Of a stretch of 11,701 nucleotides of DNA, positions 1-7,021 are shown one piece after another. This stretch comes from a virus: the UHGV virus genome UHGV-0118682; one strand, written 5' to 3'. Each line of letters begins with the position of its first letter. Positions within the stretch are counted from its first letter, which is position 1. A program made the translations under genes and the position numbers. The notes under the pieces were generated by a model. It did not search any database and was not told where the DNA came from. It worked only from the letters and a program-made list of their open reading frames with translations.

Positions 1-398
1 GTGCTCGACACAATCAGAATCATGCGAATGGTCTGCGTGCGGCCGCTTCCCTCCTGCAGTTGCGGCTTGTAGGTTTCCGGGCAGTTCGCCACGGCAATAA
101 GTACACCGGCATCATCATAGAGACCAATCTCGCGGATCCAGAAACCGCCCTCATTCTCGGGAATAATCTGTTCCGCGATAATCTGGCTGGTATTGGCCGG
201 GTCAACGGTCAGCAGGTTCAGCGGTGCGATGCGCTTCTGGTTAATGAGCTTCGTCTGCGCCGGGTCAGGGGTCGGCAGCGTACCATTCGCATCACCGACG
301 GCCATCTGCGTCAGGTTGAGTTTGGTACCGAGTGCCGCCGCGTTCGCCAGCCGCGCCGCGCCCTGATTGGTCAGAATGGCAAAATATTTTGCGGTCAT
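1..398 (-). CDS. H: Tail fibre protein H, N-terminal part only (gene continues beyond the left edge of the window)
   Basis: Minus-strand ATG at 398-396 overlaps the gene I stop (ATGA). My translation reads MTAKYFAILTNQGAARLANAAALGTKLNLTQMAVGDANGTLPTPDPAQTKLINQ..., the conserved N-terminus of P2-family tail fibres. Absent from the ORF track because no stop lies inside the window. Confidence 0.85.
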   Translation of the reverse strand, partial: MTAKYFAILTNQGAARLANAAALGTKLNLTQMAVGDANGTLPTPDPAQTKLINQKRIAPLNLLTVDPANTSQIIAEQIIPENEGGFWIREIGLYDDAGVLIAVANCPETYKPQLQEGSGRTQTIRMILIVSS

Positions 399-1003
399 GC
401 GTTCACTCTCAGGTTATCAATCAAATGGATGGCCGAGGCCGGATAATATTCACCACCAACGACAATTTCCTCGGGGGTGTAGGGGTAAACGGTCAGCGCG
501 TCACCGTCGTAACATCCCGCGCCGACATACAGCTCGCCGGTTGCACTCAGGCTGATAGCCAGCCCGGTCAGGTGGCGGCTTGCCGGTTTGGCGTCTTCAA
601 TCAGGCGCTCAAGTTCCTGATACATTTCGTCAGTAATGCCGCTATCAAGCACACCGACAACGAGGCGGAATGTGCCTGGCTCCTCGTCGAGCTGCCACCA
701 CTCGCGCACCTCAATCAGAAAGCCGAGCGGCTCAACCACCCTACGCAATGCGCTGATGGTGCCTTTGTGCTGATGGACGAAAAACGAGGACGCGCAGACG
801 CTGCGCTTTGTCGCCTCCGGCCACTTCTCATCCCATCTGTCGACCGACAGCGCCCACGCCAGATACGGCAGTAGCTTTACCGGGCAGGTGCGCCAGTTCC
901 ACAGGGTGCGCAGCGGTACCGGCACGCGCTGAATCTCAGAGAGCGCGGCAGCGGCGGCAACCTCCAGCGACGACGAGCCAACGGGTAACAGCCGGTCACT
1001 CAT
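395..1003 (-). CDS. I: Baseplate/tail protein I (202 aa)
   Basis: ORF track 395..1003; N-terminus MSDRLLPVGSSSLEVAAAA...LLPYLAWALSVDRWDEKW resembles P2 gpI as recalled; lies between J and H; start overlaps the J stop. Confidence 0.85.
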   Translation of the reverse strand: MSDRLLPVGSSSLEVAAAAALSEIQRVPVPLRTLWNWRTCPVKLLPYLAWALSVDRWDEKWPEATKRSVCASSFFVHQHKGTISALRRVVEPLGFLIEVREWWQLDEEPGTFRLVVGVLDSGITDEMYQELERLIEDAKPASRHLTGLAISLSATGELYVGAGCYDGDALTVYPYTPEEIVVGGEYYPASAIHLIDNLRVNA

Positions 1004-1904
1004 CCGAGCCCCCGATAGTTATCTGGTACTTGGTGCAGTTCGACGCCTGCGACTTACTCAGCACAATATCGGCCTGAGGTGATGCCAGCTCGACACGCTG
1101 CACCCCCTCAACATGCAGCGCCGCGTAAATGGCCGACAGACGGATATCACGCCCGAGGCGGTGCTGCGCGCTGATGTAGCTCTGCAGCTTCTGCTCTGAT
1201 GCCTGCCTGATGGGCTCAGATTCGGGGCCGGGGTAAACGTAGAGCGTCGCGTCAATCTGGTACGGCACAATCTCGGCTGACTGGACGGTCACCCGATCGG
1301 CCACCGGGCGCACATCTTCGGCGTTCAGAGCTTTATCAACAATCGCCAGTAGTTCAGCGCTGGCAGTGCCGTCACCCTCGCGCGATAGCACGGTAATCGT
1401 CACGCAGGCTGGCGACGGACTTGCGACTGAGACGTCAGCGACCCGCCCGTCGGCGCTGCGACCGTGATACTCATATGCGCCGACCGGCCCCGCCACGCTC
1501 AAGCCCTCAAACGCCTGTTGCGTGCGCAGACGCAGGTCGGTATCGGATTCCATAACGGCAGGTGTCGGCGGGATAGTGGTGTCATCCGCCGGGGTGATGG
1601 TCAGGCGCTCGGTATTGTTGTTCCCTGCCACGACGTCGAGGTCATTACCGGCGGAATAGGCCAGCGTCACCGCCTGCGCGGCTTCGTTCACTCGCTGACG
1701 CCAGATAACCTCACGGTAGGCGTTTTCCTGCAGCAGCTTAACAACCGGCTCAGACTCAAGCGCGAGCGTCCGGGCGACGGCTTCCTGCTGGTCTTCTGGA
1801 TAGAGCGAAATCAGCGTCGCAATGCGTTCCGCAAGGATAGTTTCATAGTCCAGTTCCTCGACCACATCGGGAACAGGTAGCAGGCTCAGGTCAACAGTTG
1901 CCAT
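996..1904 (-). CDS. J: Baseplate assembly protein J (302 aa)
   Basis: ORF track 996..1904; 302 aa equals P2 gpJ length; position between W and I. Confidence 0.88.
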   Translation of the reverse strand: MATVDLSLLPVPDVVEELDYETILAERIATLISLYPEDQQEAVARTLALESEPVVKLLQENAYREVIWRQRVNEAAQAVTLAYSAGNDLDVVAGNNNTERLTITPADDTTIPPTPAVMESDTDLRLRTQQAFEGLSVAGPVGAYEYHGRSADGRVADVSVASPSPACVTITVLSREGDGTASAELLAIVDKALNAEDVRPVADRVTVQSAEIVPYQIDATLYVYPGPESEPIRQASEQKLQSYISAQHRLGRDIRLSAIYAALHVEGVQRVELASPQADIVLSKSQASNCTKYQITIGGSDE

Positions 1905-1910
1905 AGTGAT

Positions 1911-2258
1911 TTAACTCAGTGAAACAGTGGTTGAAACTGACGCACCGGTATCGGTACGCACCCCGGTAATATCGACATACATTTCGCCAGTGTCGCCGTG
2001 CTCAAAGCTGATGGATGTAAGCCTGATACGTGGTTCCCACTTCTGGATCGCGGAATAGCACGCCACCATGATTTGCAGCCTGAGCGCCGGGGTTTGTGGC
2101 ATATCAATCAGCGCAGACAGGAGCGAGCCATATTCACGGCGCATTACCCGCGAGCCGACCGGCGTCAGCAGAATGTCGCGCATGCTCTGGCTGATATGCT
2201 CACTGTCACGGATAGCGAGGCCGGTATTGCGGTTCATCCCCATATAACGCGCCGTCAT
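1911..2258 (-). CDS. W: Baseplate protein W (115 aa)
   Basis: ORF track 1911..2258; 115 aa equals P2 gpW length; ATGA overlap with the V stop. Confidence 0.88.
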   Translation of the reverse strand: MTARYMGMNRNTGLAIRDSEHISQSMRDILLTPVGSRVMRREYGSLLSALIDMPQTPALRLQIMVACYSAIQKWEPRIRLTSISFEHGDTGEMYVDITGVRTDTGASVSTTVSLS

Positions 2259-2896
2259 TTAGTGCCCTCCGTCCAGCTCCCGCCCCGTTGCACGCCACCG
2301 TGACCGTGGTCATCAACCTGCACACCGTTTGATTTCAACGTGCCGCCGGTATGTTCGATATTTCCCCGCATGGTGCCGCCTTTCTGCACCTCAAGCGTCG
2401 CCGTCGTCAGTTTGTTGGTGCAGACCACCTCCGGGCTGTCGAGGGTGATGCGGGTTTCTGCTTTCACAAGCACCACCGGCACAGTGGCGGTGATGGACTC
2501 CGATGCCGTCACATCAGCAGTCTTAATGCCACTGACCGTCAGCGCACCGGTTTCCGGCTCATACTCCATAACCGCGCCATCAGGGAACACCACATGCCAC
2601 GCATCCGCCGAGGCAGACGGGGCGGGGTTATCGTCTGAGAAAATCCCCGGCAGCACGAAAGCGGTATCAAGCTCGCCACCAATCGCCAGCAGCAGTACCT
2701 GCTCACCGACCGAGGGAGCCCACCATGTACGCGAACGACCGGCGCGGGTAGTAAGCCAGTTCAGCCATGTAGTCTGGATCCCGCCGCTTTGTACGCGGCA
2801 CAGCCCCTGCACGGTATCGACCTCAGTCACCACACCTGAGCGGATGAGATTGCGAATTGCACGAGCTAGTTCTTGAATGCTGTTTAGTGTGTTCAT
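2255..2896 (-). CDS. V: Baseplate central spike protein V (213 aa)
   Basis: ORF track 2255..2896; N-terminus MNTLNSIQELARAIRNLIR and internal RSRTWWAPSVGEQVL and VCTNKLTTATLEVQKGGTMRGNIEHTGG match P2 gpV as recalled. Confidence 0.9.
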   Translation of the reverse strand: MNTLNSIQELARAIRNLIRSGVVTEVDTVQGLCRVQSGGIQTTWLNWLTTRAGRSRTWWAPSVGEQVLLLAIGGELDTAFVLPGIFSDDNPAPSASADAWHVVFPDGAVMEYEPETGALTVSGIKTADVTASESITATVPVVLVKAETRITLDSPEVVCTNKLTTATLEVQKGGTMRGNIEHTGGTLKSNGVQVDDHGHGGVQRGGSWTEGTK

Positions 2897-3084
2897 GTAG
2901 CAAGAATGACGCAGTTAAAACTATGGGGCTACCGAGGGAAAATTGTTCAGCAATGGGACAACAAACATCGAGGTCTAGACCTTAAAAAAACAGCCTTGTT
3001 CTAGATCGCCCTTCCAATTACACTTGATTTAATCTCGACAGAGATGGAATTCTAAATGGCTAGCTTATAATTCAGGATTGAAAA
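2897..3084. promoter_or_regulatory. Intergenic region upstream of both V (minus) and the cargo ORF (plus); likely holds the cargo promoter and possibly a late promoter for V. Contains TATAAT at 3066-3071, AGGA Shine-Dalgarno at 3074-3077, TTGATT at 3024-3029, and a TGT-N11-ACA dyad at 2944-2960
   Basis: Hexamers read directly from the sequence. TATAAT lies only 13 nt from the cargo ATG, so the true -10 is uncertain. The dyad resembles the TGT-N12-ACA Ogr/Delta-type late activator site but has an 11-nt spacer. Confidence 0.3.
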
Positions 3085-3948
3085 ATGGAAGAATCTAAAA
3101 GAATACGCCAATTAAAAGAAAACCTCATAAAGGAACTACCTTTCTTTCCAAATGAAAAATCAATACGCACTGAACTAGAAAATCAAAGTTTAAATGGGGT
3201 TTTAATCGCTTACCTCCACTGGAAAACAAGAATTGTGCCGACCCGCAGAAGGAGAGTTCATATATATCCAGAAGTAACGAGCGATAAAAGATGGAAAGAA
3301 CTAAAACTTGGTATTCATGGGTTACTGGATAAGGTCAGAAAAGGTGAAGACTTATACCCTCATCTTTCATTGCGCGCACATAAGTATGGCTACACTCCTG
3401 TTGAAAGAATTCGTAATGGAGATGCTGATTCATGGGAAGACAAAGATCAGTTATTAAATACGAAAGGTTTTCATCATTTTCATTTGAGCATGAATATTCA
3501 AAGTACAGGCTTGGCCGAAAGGACAAATAATGTTCTTTTTGCCTTCGTTTCTCGCGACCAGTTTCGTGCTGTGGGGATATTTGATCATAGTGTATTTGAT
3601 AAACCCGATAGTTTAAATGGCATGACTGAGGAACGTGAAAGAATGTGGACCCTGCATGAAAAATACATCACATTCGGAATGAAAGCTGGCACAGTGTATA
3701 TAAACAATCTGATAACAGCATCCGGGCATCCTGTAAATCTTATCATGCTCGCCGATCGTTATGCTGCAATCATCCGAGAATATGACCAGAAGGCGGAAGA
3801 CAGAATTTTTGTAAATGAGCTTTATGCTCAAAGCCCACTTCCCTCTCCAGAAAGGTTTAAATTTGAGTGGCGCATAGAGGGTTTGGATCTTGTTCTTTTT
3901 GATAAAAAAAACAGAGTGGCCTTTAACGTCTACAAAGCTCACATTTAA
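3085..3948 (+). CDS. Hypothetical 287-aa protein on an AT-rich cargo island; opposite strand to the late operon; function unknown (candidate phage accessory/defence gene)
   Basis: ORF track 3085..3948; ATG preceded by AGGA at 3074-3077 (7-nt spacing). Hand counts of sample lines give roughly one-third GC here versus about 60% in flanking phage genes. No P-loop, no long hydrophobic segment, no signal peptide visible. Confidence 0.8.
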   Translation: MEESKRIRQLKENLIKELPFFPNEKSIRTELENQSLNGVLIAYLHWKTRIVPTRRRRVHIYPEVTSDKRWKELKLGIHGLLDKVRKGEDLYPHLSLRAHKYGYTPVERIRNGDADSWEDKDQLLNTKGFHHFHLSMNIQSTGLAERTNNVLFAFVSRDQFRAVGIFDHSVFDKPDSLNGMTEERERMWTLHEKYITFGMKAGTVYINNLITASGHPVNLIMLADRYAAIIREYDQKAEDRIFVNELYAQSPLPSPERFKFEWRIEGLDLVLFDKKNRVAFNVYKAHI

Positions 3949-3964
3949 GCATGTGAATATATTT

Positions 3965-3996
3965 TTCTCTGCTGCTATTAAATTAGCAGCAGAGAA
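3965..3996. terminator. Perfect 13-bp inverted repeat with a 6-nt loop between the convergent cargo ORF (stop 3948) and gene S (stop 4005-4007); putative bidirectional intrinsic terminator
   Basis: ttctctgctgcta (3965-3977), loop ttaaat, tagcagcagagaa (3984-3996); arms are exact reverse complements. On the plus-strand RNA the stem is followed by U-rich AUUAAUCAAUUAUCUU; no U-run follows it on the minus-strand RNA. Confidence 0.5.
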
Positions 3997-4004
3997 TTAA
4001 TCAA

Positions 4005-4457
4005 TTATCTTAGGAAAAGATACTGTAAGACCACTTCCTCCATCAATGTCACTTCATCTTGGTTAAATCCGAGCAACGGGCGCGCCTCGTACTGCACATC
4101 GCGGCTGTTGCGGTTTGGCCGGTCTTTGAGGCCATACTGATGCACCCGCGCCATGCGCTGCACCCTGCCGGTAAACTCCACCACAGCCGAACTGTCGCTG
4201 CCTTTGGCTTTCATAAAACGACTGGTGCGCAGTCTGGTGAACATCTCGCGCTTAATGCGGCCTTTCTTGCTCCGCACAGGCTGGCGCTTTCGCGCGGCAT
4301 ACGGGGTGCCGTCGGGTGCCTGCTGCCGCTTAATTCGCTGTTGCTGGCTGGCGCGCAGCTTTTTCGCAATCTCAGCCGCCATTTGACGACGCGCCGCCGG
4401 TGACAGGCTGGCAATCAGACCGGCAAGGCGCTCCTGCAGCACGGTTAACTCACTCAT
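4005..4457 (-). CDS. S: Tail completion protein S (150 aa)
   Basis: ORF track 4005..4457; 150 aa equals P2 gpS length; start overlaps the R stop; position after R in the P2 order. Confidence 0.88.
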   Translation of the reverse strand: MSELTVLQERLAGLIASLSPAARRQMAAEIAKKLRASQQQRIKRQQAPDGTPYAARKRQPVRSKKGRIKREMFTRLRTSRFMKAKGSDSSAVVEFTGRVQRMARVHQYGLKDRPNRNSRDVQYEARPLLGFNQDEVTLMEEVVLQYLFLR

Positions 4458-4917
4458 CCCACTTACTCACCAGCTCACCGTTAACGTACAGCTCGACCGG
4501 GCGCGTCACCGGCTCAGGCAGCGACGGTTCCGGCGCATAGCTGACGTGCAGTGCGCCGTCGACCTCTTTGACGAGCGTGCGCTCGGTGAGTCTCAGGCTG
4601 ATACTGATATCGAGCGAATCGTCATTATTGATATCAATCATCCAGGTGAATCCTTTCTCCCGCCCGTCGTCGGTGGTCATAATGTCCGGCTGATGTTCAC
4701 GCAGCCACGCCTGCACCGGCACGAATATCAAATCGAGGTCGCCGGTGAAGTCAGTCACCACCACGTTAAGCACGTACACTTTTTCAAACGACAGCGAGCT
4801 CGCCAGTCGGGAATCCGTATGCCCGTTATCAGCGAACAGGCGCAGCATATCGGGATTATTTCGGAGCTGCGGCACGGCGTTAATCAGCGCTTTGCGCAGG
4901 CTTTTGTGCTTCTGCAT
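4450..4917 (-). CDS. R: Tail completion protein R (155 aa from the internal start)
   Basis: ORF track 4450..4962 trimmed to the ATG at 4917 (MQKHKSLRKALINAV...), which has AGGA 8 nt upstream and gives 155 aa, equal to P2 gpR. C-terminus ...PEPVTRPVELYVNGELVSKWDE matches gpR as recalled. ATG at 4926 is an alternative start. Confidence 0.85.
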   Translation of the reverse strand: MQKHKSLRKALINAVPQLRNNPDMLRLFADNGHTDSRLASSLSFEKVYVLNVVVTDFTGDLDLIFVPVQAWLREHQPDIMTTDDGREKGFTWMIDINNDDSLDISISLRLTERTLVKEVDGALHVSYAPEPSLPEPVTRPVELYVNGELVSKWDE

Positions 4918-5170
4918 CGAGTTCATCCTGACAGTGTTTGACGGTTTTGACCTGCAGCGCACAGGCAGTCAGCGCGCCCTCAAGACGGCGAATATCCGCG
5001 CTCAGGTCACCATTTGTTTTTGGGTCACTTCCCGGCATCGGGCAAAGGCTCACCTTCGGGCATCCGTTGACCACAATCACCTGCGCTGGCGCAGGCGGGG
5101 CGGGTGTGCAGCCGACGCACAACATCAGGCAGAGCAGCGTTATACCAGCGGCGAAAGGCTTCATTCTCAT
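4880..5170 (-). CDS. lysC: LysC, Rz1-like outer-membrane lipoprotein spanin (96 aa), embedded out of frame in lysB
   Basis: ORF track 4880..5170; starts inside lysB in a different frame and extends past the lysB stop; N-terminal hydrophobic signal ending in Cys (LLCLMLCVGC) followed by Pro-rich TPAPPAPA; 96 aa equals P2 LysC. Confidence 0.75.
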   Translation of the reverse strand: MRMKPFAAGITLLCLMLCVGCTPAPPAPAQVIVVNGCPKVSLCPMPGSDPKTNGDLSADIRRLEGALTACALQVKTVKHCQDELDAEAQKPAQSAD

Positions 5171-5438
5171 TAAGTAACCTCGTTATCGTCTGCTCACGGC
5201 GGCTGGCTTCTGCGCTTGCCTTTGCGAGCTGTTCGCGCAGTGCCACCTGCGCGGATTCATTACGTCTGGCGAGCTGACCGGCAACACTGAGCTGATTTTT
5301 CAGCATGCCAATCGTCGTCTTTTGCTCGCTCGCGACACGGTTTGCCGTCTCAAAGGAGCGGGATAAATTGCCGTTCTCATGACGCAACCACAGCAGCCCG
5401 AGCACGGCCAGCACAAGCAGCGTTATCAGGACTTTCAT
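5025..5438 (-). CDS. lysB: LysB, Rz-like inner-membrane spanin (137 aa from the internal start)
   Basis: ORF track 5025..5543 trimmed to the ATG at 5438, which overlaps the K stop (ATGA). N-terminal transmembrane segment MKVLITLLVLAVLGLLWL followed by a charged, probably coiled-coil region (REQLAKASAEASRREQTITRLLNENEAFRRW). Confidence 0.8.
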   Translation of the reverse strand: MKVLITLLVLAVLGLLWLRHENGNLSRSFETANRVASEQKTTIGMLKNQLSVAGQLARRNESAQVALREQLAKASAEASRREQTITRLLNENEAFRRWYNAALPDVVRRLHTRPACASAGDCGQRMPEGEPLPDAGK

Positions 5439-5932
5439 GCCACCACCCCGCCAGCCGTGCGCCAGACAGTGACCAGTTTTTCGAGGCTGTGCTCGCGCTG
5501 GCCGTAACCGGCACCCGGTAATGACGCCCAGATATTGCGACAACGGGAAACAGCACGCTCAATACGCCCCGCCCGGATATCATCAATAGCGCCACGCTCC
5601 CGGATTAACTGGAGCGCGAGCTTGTCCTGCGACAGTGGGCTGAAATCAGGCAGTGAGAGCTGTTTTTTATAGTGCGGCCAGAACAGATAAAGCTGCTGGT
5701 AACGCCCCGATGCCGTGGATTTCTCGCCACGGCGATTAAACACTTTCGGTGGTCGGCCATGTGCGAAAGGGTGGTCGCTGTAATCGGTGAAAATCTCTGG
5801 CTTACCATCAAGGCCGGTGACAATGACGTCATAGCCACGGTTTTTCGTCAGCGGATGGTTCGCTGTTCCTTCGGAATACGCCAGCATGTCCAGAAAGGCG
5901 GCGATATTCTGGTGAGTATTAATGACCGGCAT
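5435..5932 (-). CDS. K: Endolysin K (phage lysozyme, 165 aa from the internal start)
   Basis: ORF track 5435..6163 trimmed to the ATG at 5932 (MPVINTHQNIAAFLDMLAYSEGT...), giving 165 aa equal to P2 gpK. The longer reading would overlap holin Y. Confidence 0.88.
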   Translation of the reverse strand: MPVINTHQNIAAFLDMLAYSEGTANHPLTKNRGYDVIVTGLDGKPEIFTDYSDHPFAHGRPPKVFNRRGEKSTASGRYQQLYLFWPHYKKQLSLPDFSPLSQDKLALQLIRERGAIDDIRAGRIERAVSRCRNIWASLPGAGYGQREHSLEKLVTVWRTAGGVVA

Positions 5933-6215
5933 CGTCTTCCCCTTTCTGTGACTTAAAGCGGCGCTGTATGGCGATTTCCACCACCTGATAACCGGCAATG
6001 CCGAGCATGGATCCAATCCCGCACACGGCAGGCAGTGACATATCAGGAAACTGCACCAGAACAACACCGGCGACCATCGAAACGAAACCGCCGAGCAGCA
6101 TGCGTCCGACAAACAGGCGCGGGGTGATGGGCTCACCACCTGCCAGCACTTTCCCGACAACAATCATCACGCCAATCACAAACAGTGACAGGACGCCTTT
6201 TTCCCCTTCTGTCAT
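5919..6215 (-). CDS. Y: Holin Y (98 aa)
   Basis: ORF track 5919..6215; three hydrophobic segments and a charged C-terminus (RRFKSQKGEDDAGH); GGGAG Shine-Dalgarno upstream; lies immediately before the endolysin. Confidence 0.85.
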   Translation of the reverse strand: MTEGEKGVLSLFVIGVMIVVGKVLAGGEPITPRLFVGRMLLGGFVSMVAGVVLVQFPDMSLPAVCGIGSMLGIAGYQVVEIAIQRRFKSQKGEDDAGH

Positions 6216-6218
6216 GGT

Positions 6219-6422
6219 TTACTCCCAAAGATTGATAGTGTTAGTTACTGGTGAAGACGGCACATCGGGCAGGTCAATCTCCGTGCCATGCGGCAGAATG
6301 ACACCCAGCTCAGACAGACCCGGATTAGCCTGCAGCACCGTCTCGACCACGCCCTCAGTGCGCCCGTAATACCGGGCGCAAATCGCATCGAGGGTGTCGC
6401 CCTGCATTGCCCTGACTTTCAT
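6219..6422 (-). CDS. X: Tail protein X (67 aa, LysM-like)
   Basis: ORF track 6219..6491 trimmed to the ATG at 6422, which overlaps the L stop (ATGA). MKVRAMQGDTLDAICARYYGRTEGVVETVLQANPGL... matches P2 gpX as recalled and gives the P2 length of 67 aa. Confidence 0.85.
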   Translation of the reverse strand: MKVRAMQGDTLDAICARYYGRTEGVVETVLQANPGLSELGVILPHGTEIDLPDVPSSPVTNTINLWE

Positions 6423-6928
6423 CAGAGCTGACCCACAATGCAGCGCGGCTTGTCCTGCAGACGCGCAACTGACCAGCGCATATCCCGCCACAGGTCATCA
6501 ATGGTGGTTTCCACACTGTCGGCTTTTTTGTCACCCTTGCCGGTGGCCTCAACGCCGCGATAGCGCTCATACAGGGTGGCGGTTGCCATCGCCGTCACGG
6601 CGCTCAGATAATGGAAAACACGCACATTCTCGCCGTCGATTTCCTCGGCAGGCACGTCGGCCAGTTGCTTAAACCCGGCGGCCGTCTGGCGCAGCCGGTA
6701 GTCATAAAGCTCCGCATTGGTCTCGGCCATGCCGGTCTTGATGGCATTGCGCAGGCGCGCATCGGAAACCGTCTGCTCAAGGCGCATCAGTTCGCGCACG
6801 CGCTTCGGATCCACATCAGGGAAAAAGAACGTGTTTTTAATCACTGCACCGCCCGTCTCCGGTGCGGGAATCACCACGCCCGGTACGTCCTGCGGTTCGT
6901 CGGGCTGATTCAGTATTACTGTCGTCAT
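6422..6928 (-). CDS. L: Head completion protein L (168 aa)
   Basis: ORF track 6422..6928; sequence VIKNTFFFPDVDPKRVRELMRLEQTV...LYERYRGVEATGKGDKKADSVETTIDDLWRDMRW matches P2 gpL as recalled; GAGG Shine-Dalgarno upstream. Confidence 0.9.
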   Translation of the reverse strand: MTTVILNQPDEPQDVPGVVIPAPETGGAVIKNTFFFPDVDPKRVRELMRLEQTVSDARLRNAIKTGMAETNAELYDYRLRQTAAGFKQLADVPAEEIDGENVRVFHYLSAVTAMATATLYERYRGVEATGKGDKKADSVETTIDDLWRDMRWSVARLQDKPRCIVGQL

Positions 6929-7021
6929 GACAACCTCATTAGGTTGGGCGGTGGACGCCGGTCGCCGTCAGGGTCAAAACCTGCTTTGACCGGCGTGCCG
7001 CCCGGCTCGGGGAGCGTTCAG

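Noticed and set aside
60-2876. Plus-strand ORFs in the ORF track (60..446, 332..874, 808..1077, 1464..1880, 1998..2303, 2340..2876)
   Set aside because: All are antisense to the well-supported minus-strand genes H, I, J, W and V. GC-rich DNA gives long stop-free antisense frames; the products are Arg/Pro/Ala-rich and unlike real proteins.
3335-3942. Minus-strand ORFs 3335..3526 (63 aa) and 3613..3942 (109 aa) inside the island
   Set aside because: Antisense to the 287-aa cargo ORF in AT-rich sequence, with no ribosome-binding sites noticed; most likely spurious.
2897-4004. Insertion sequence or transposon as the origin of the island
   Set aside because: No transposase-like ORF, no terminal inverted repeats and no flanking direct repeats were found by eye.
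5377-5595. 72-aa minus-strand ORF considered as a possible lysA
   Set aside because: Lies entirely within K/lysB in another frame, is far shorter than P2 LysA, and lacks multiple transmembrane segments.
5435-6163. Long N-terminally extended readings of K (242 aa), X (90 aa, 6219..6491), lysB (172 aa, 5025..5543) and R (170 aa, 4450..4962)
   Set aside because: The extensions overlap upstream genes; internal ATGs give the exact or near-exact P2 protein lengths and sit at ATGA junctions or after Shine-Dalgarno sequences.
6972-6991. 7-bp hairpin (ggtcaaa / tttgacc) in the M-L intergenic spacer
   Set aside because: Short stem with no adjacent U-run on the coding strand and no known regulatory role at this junction; could easily arise by chance.
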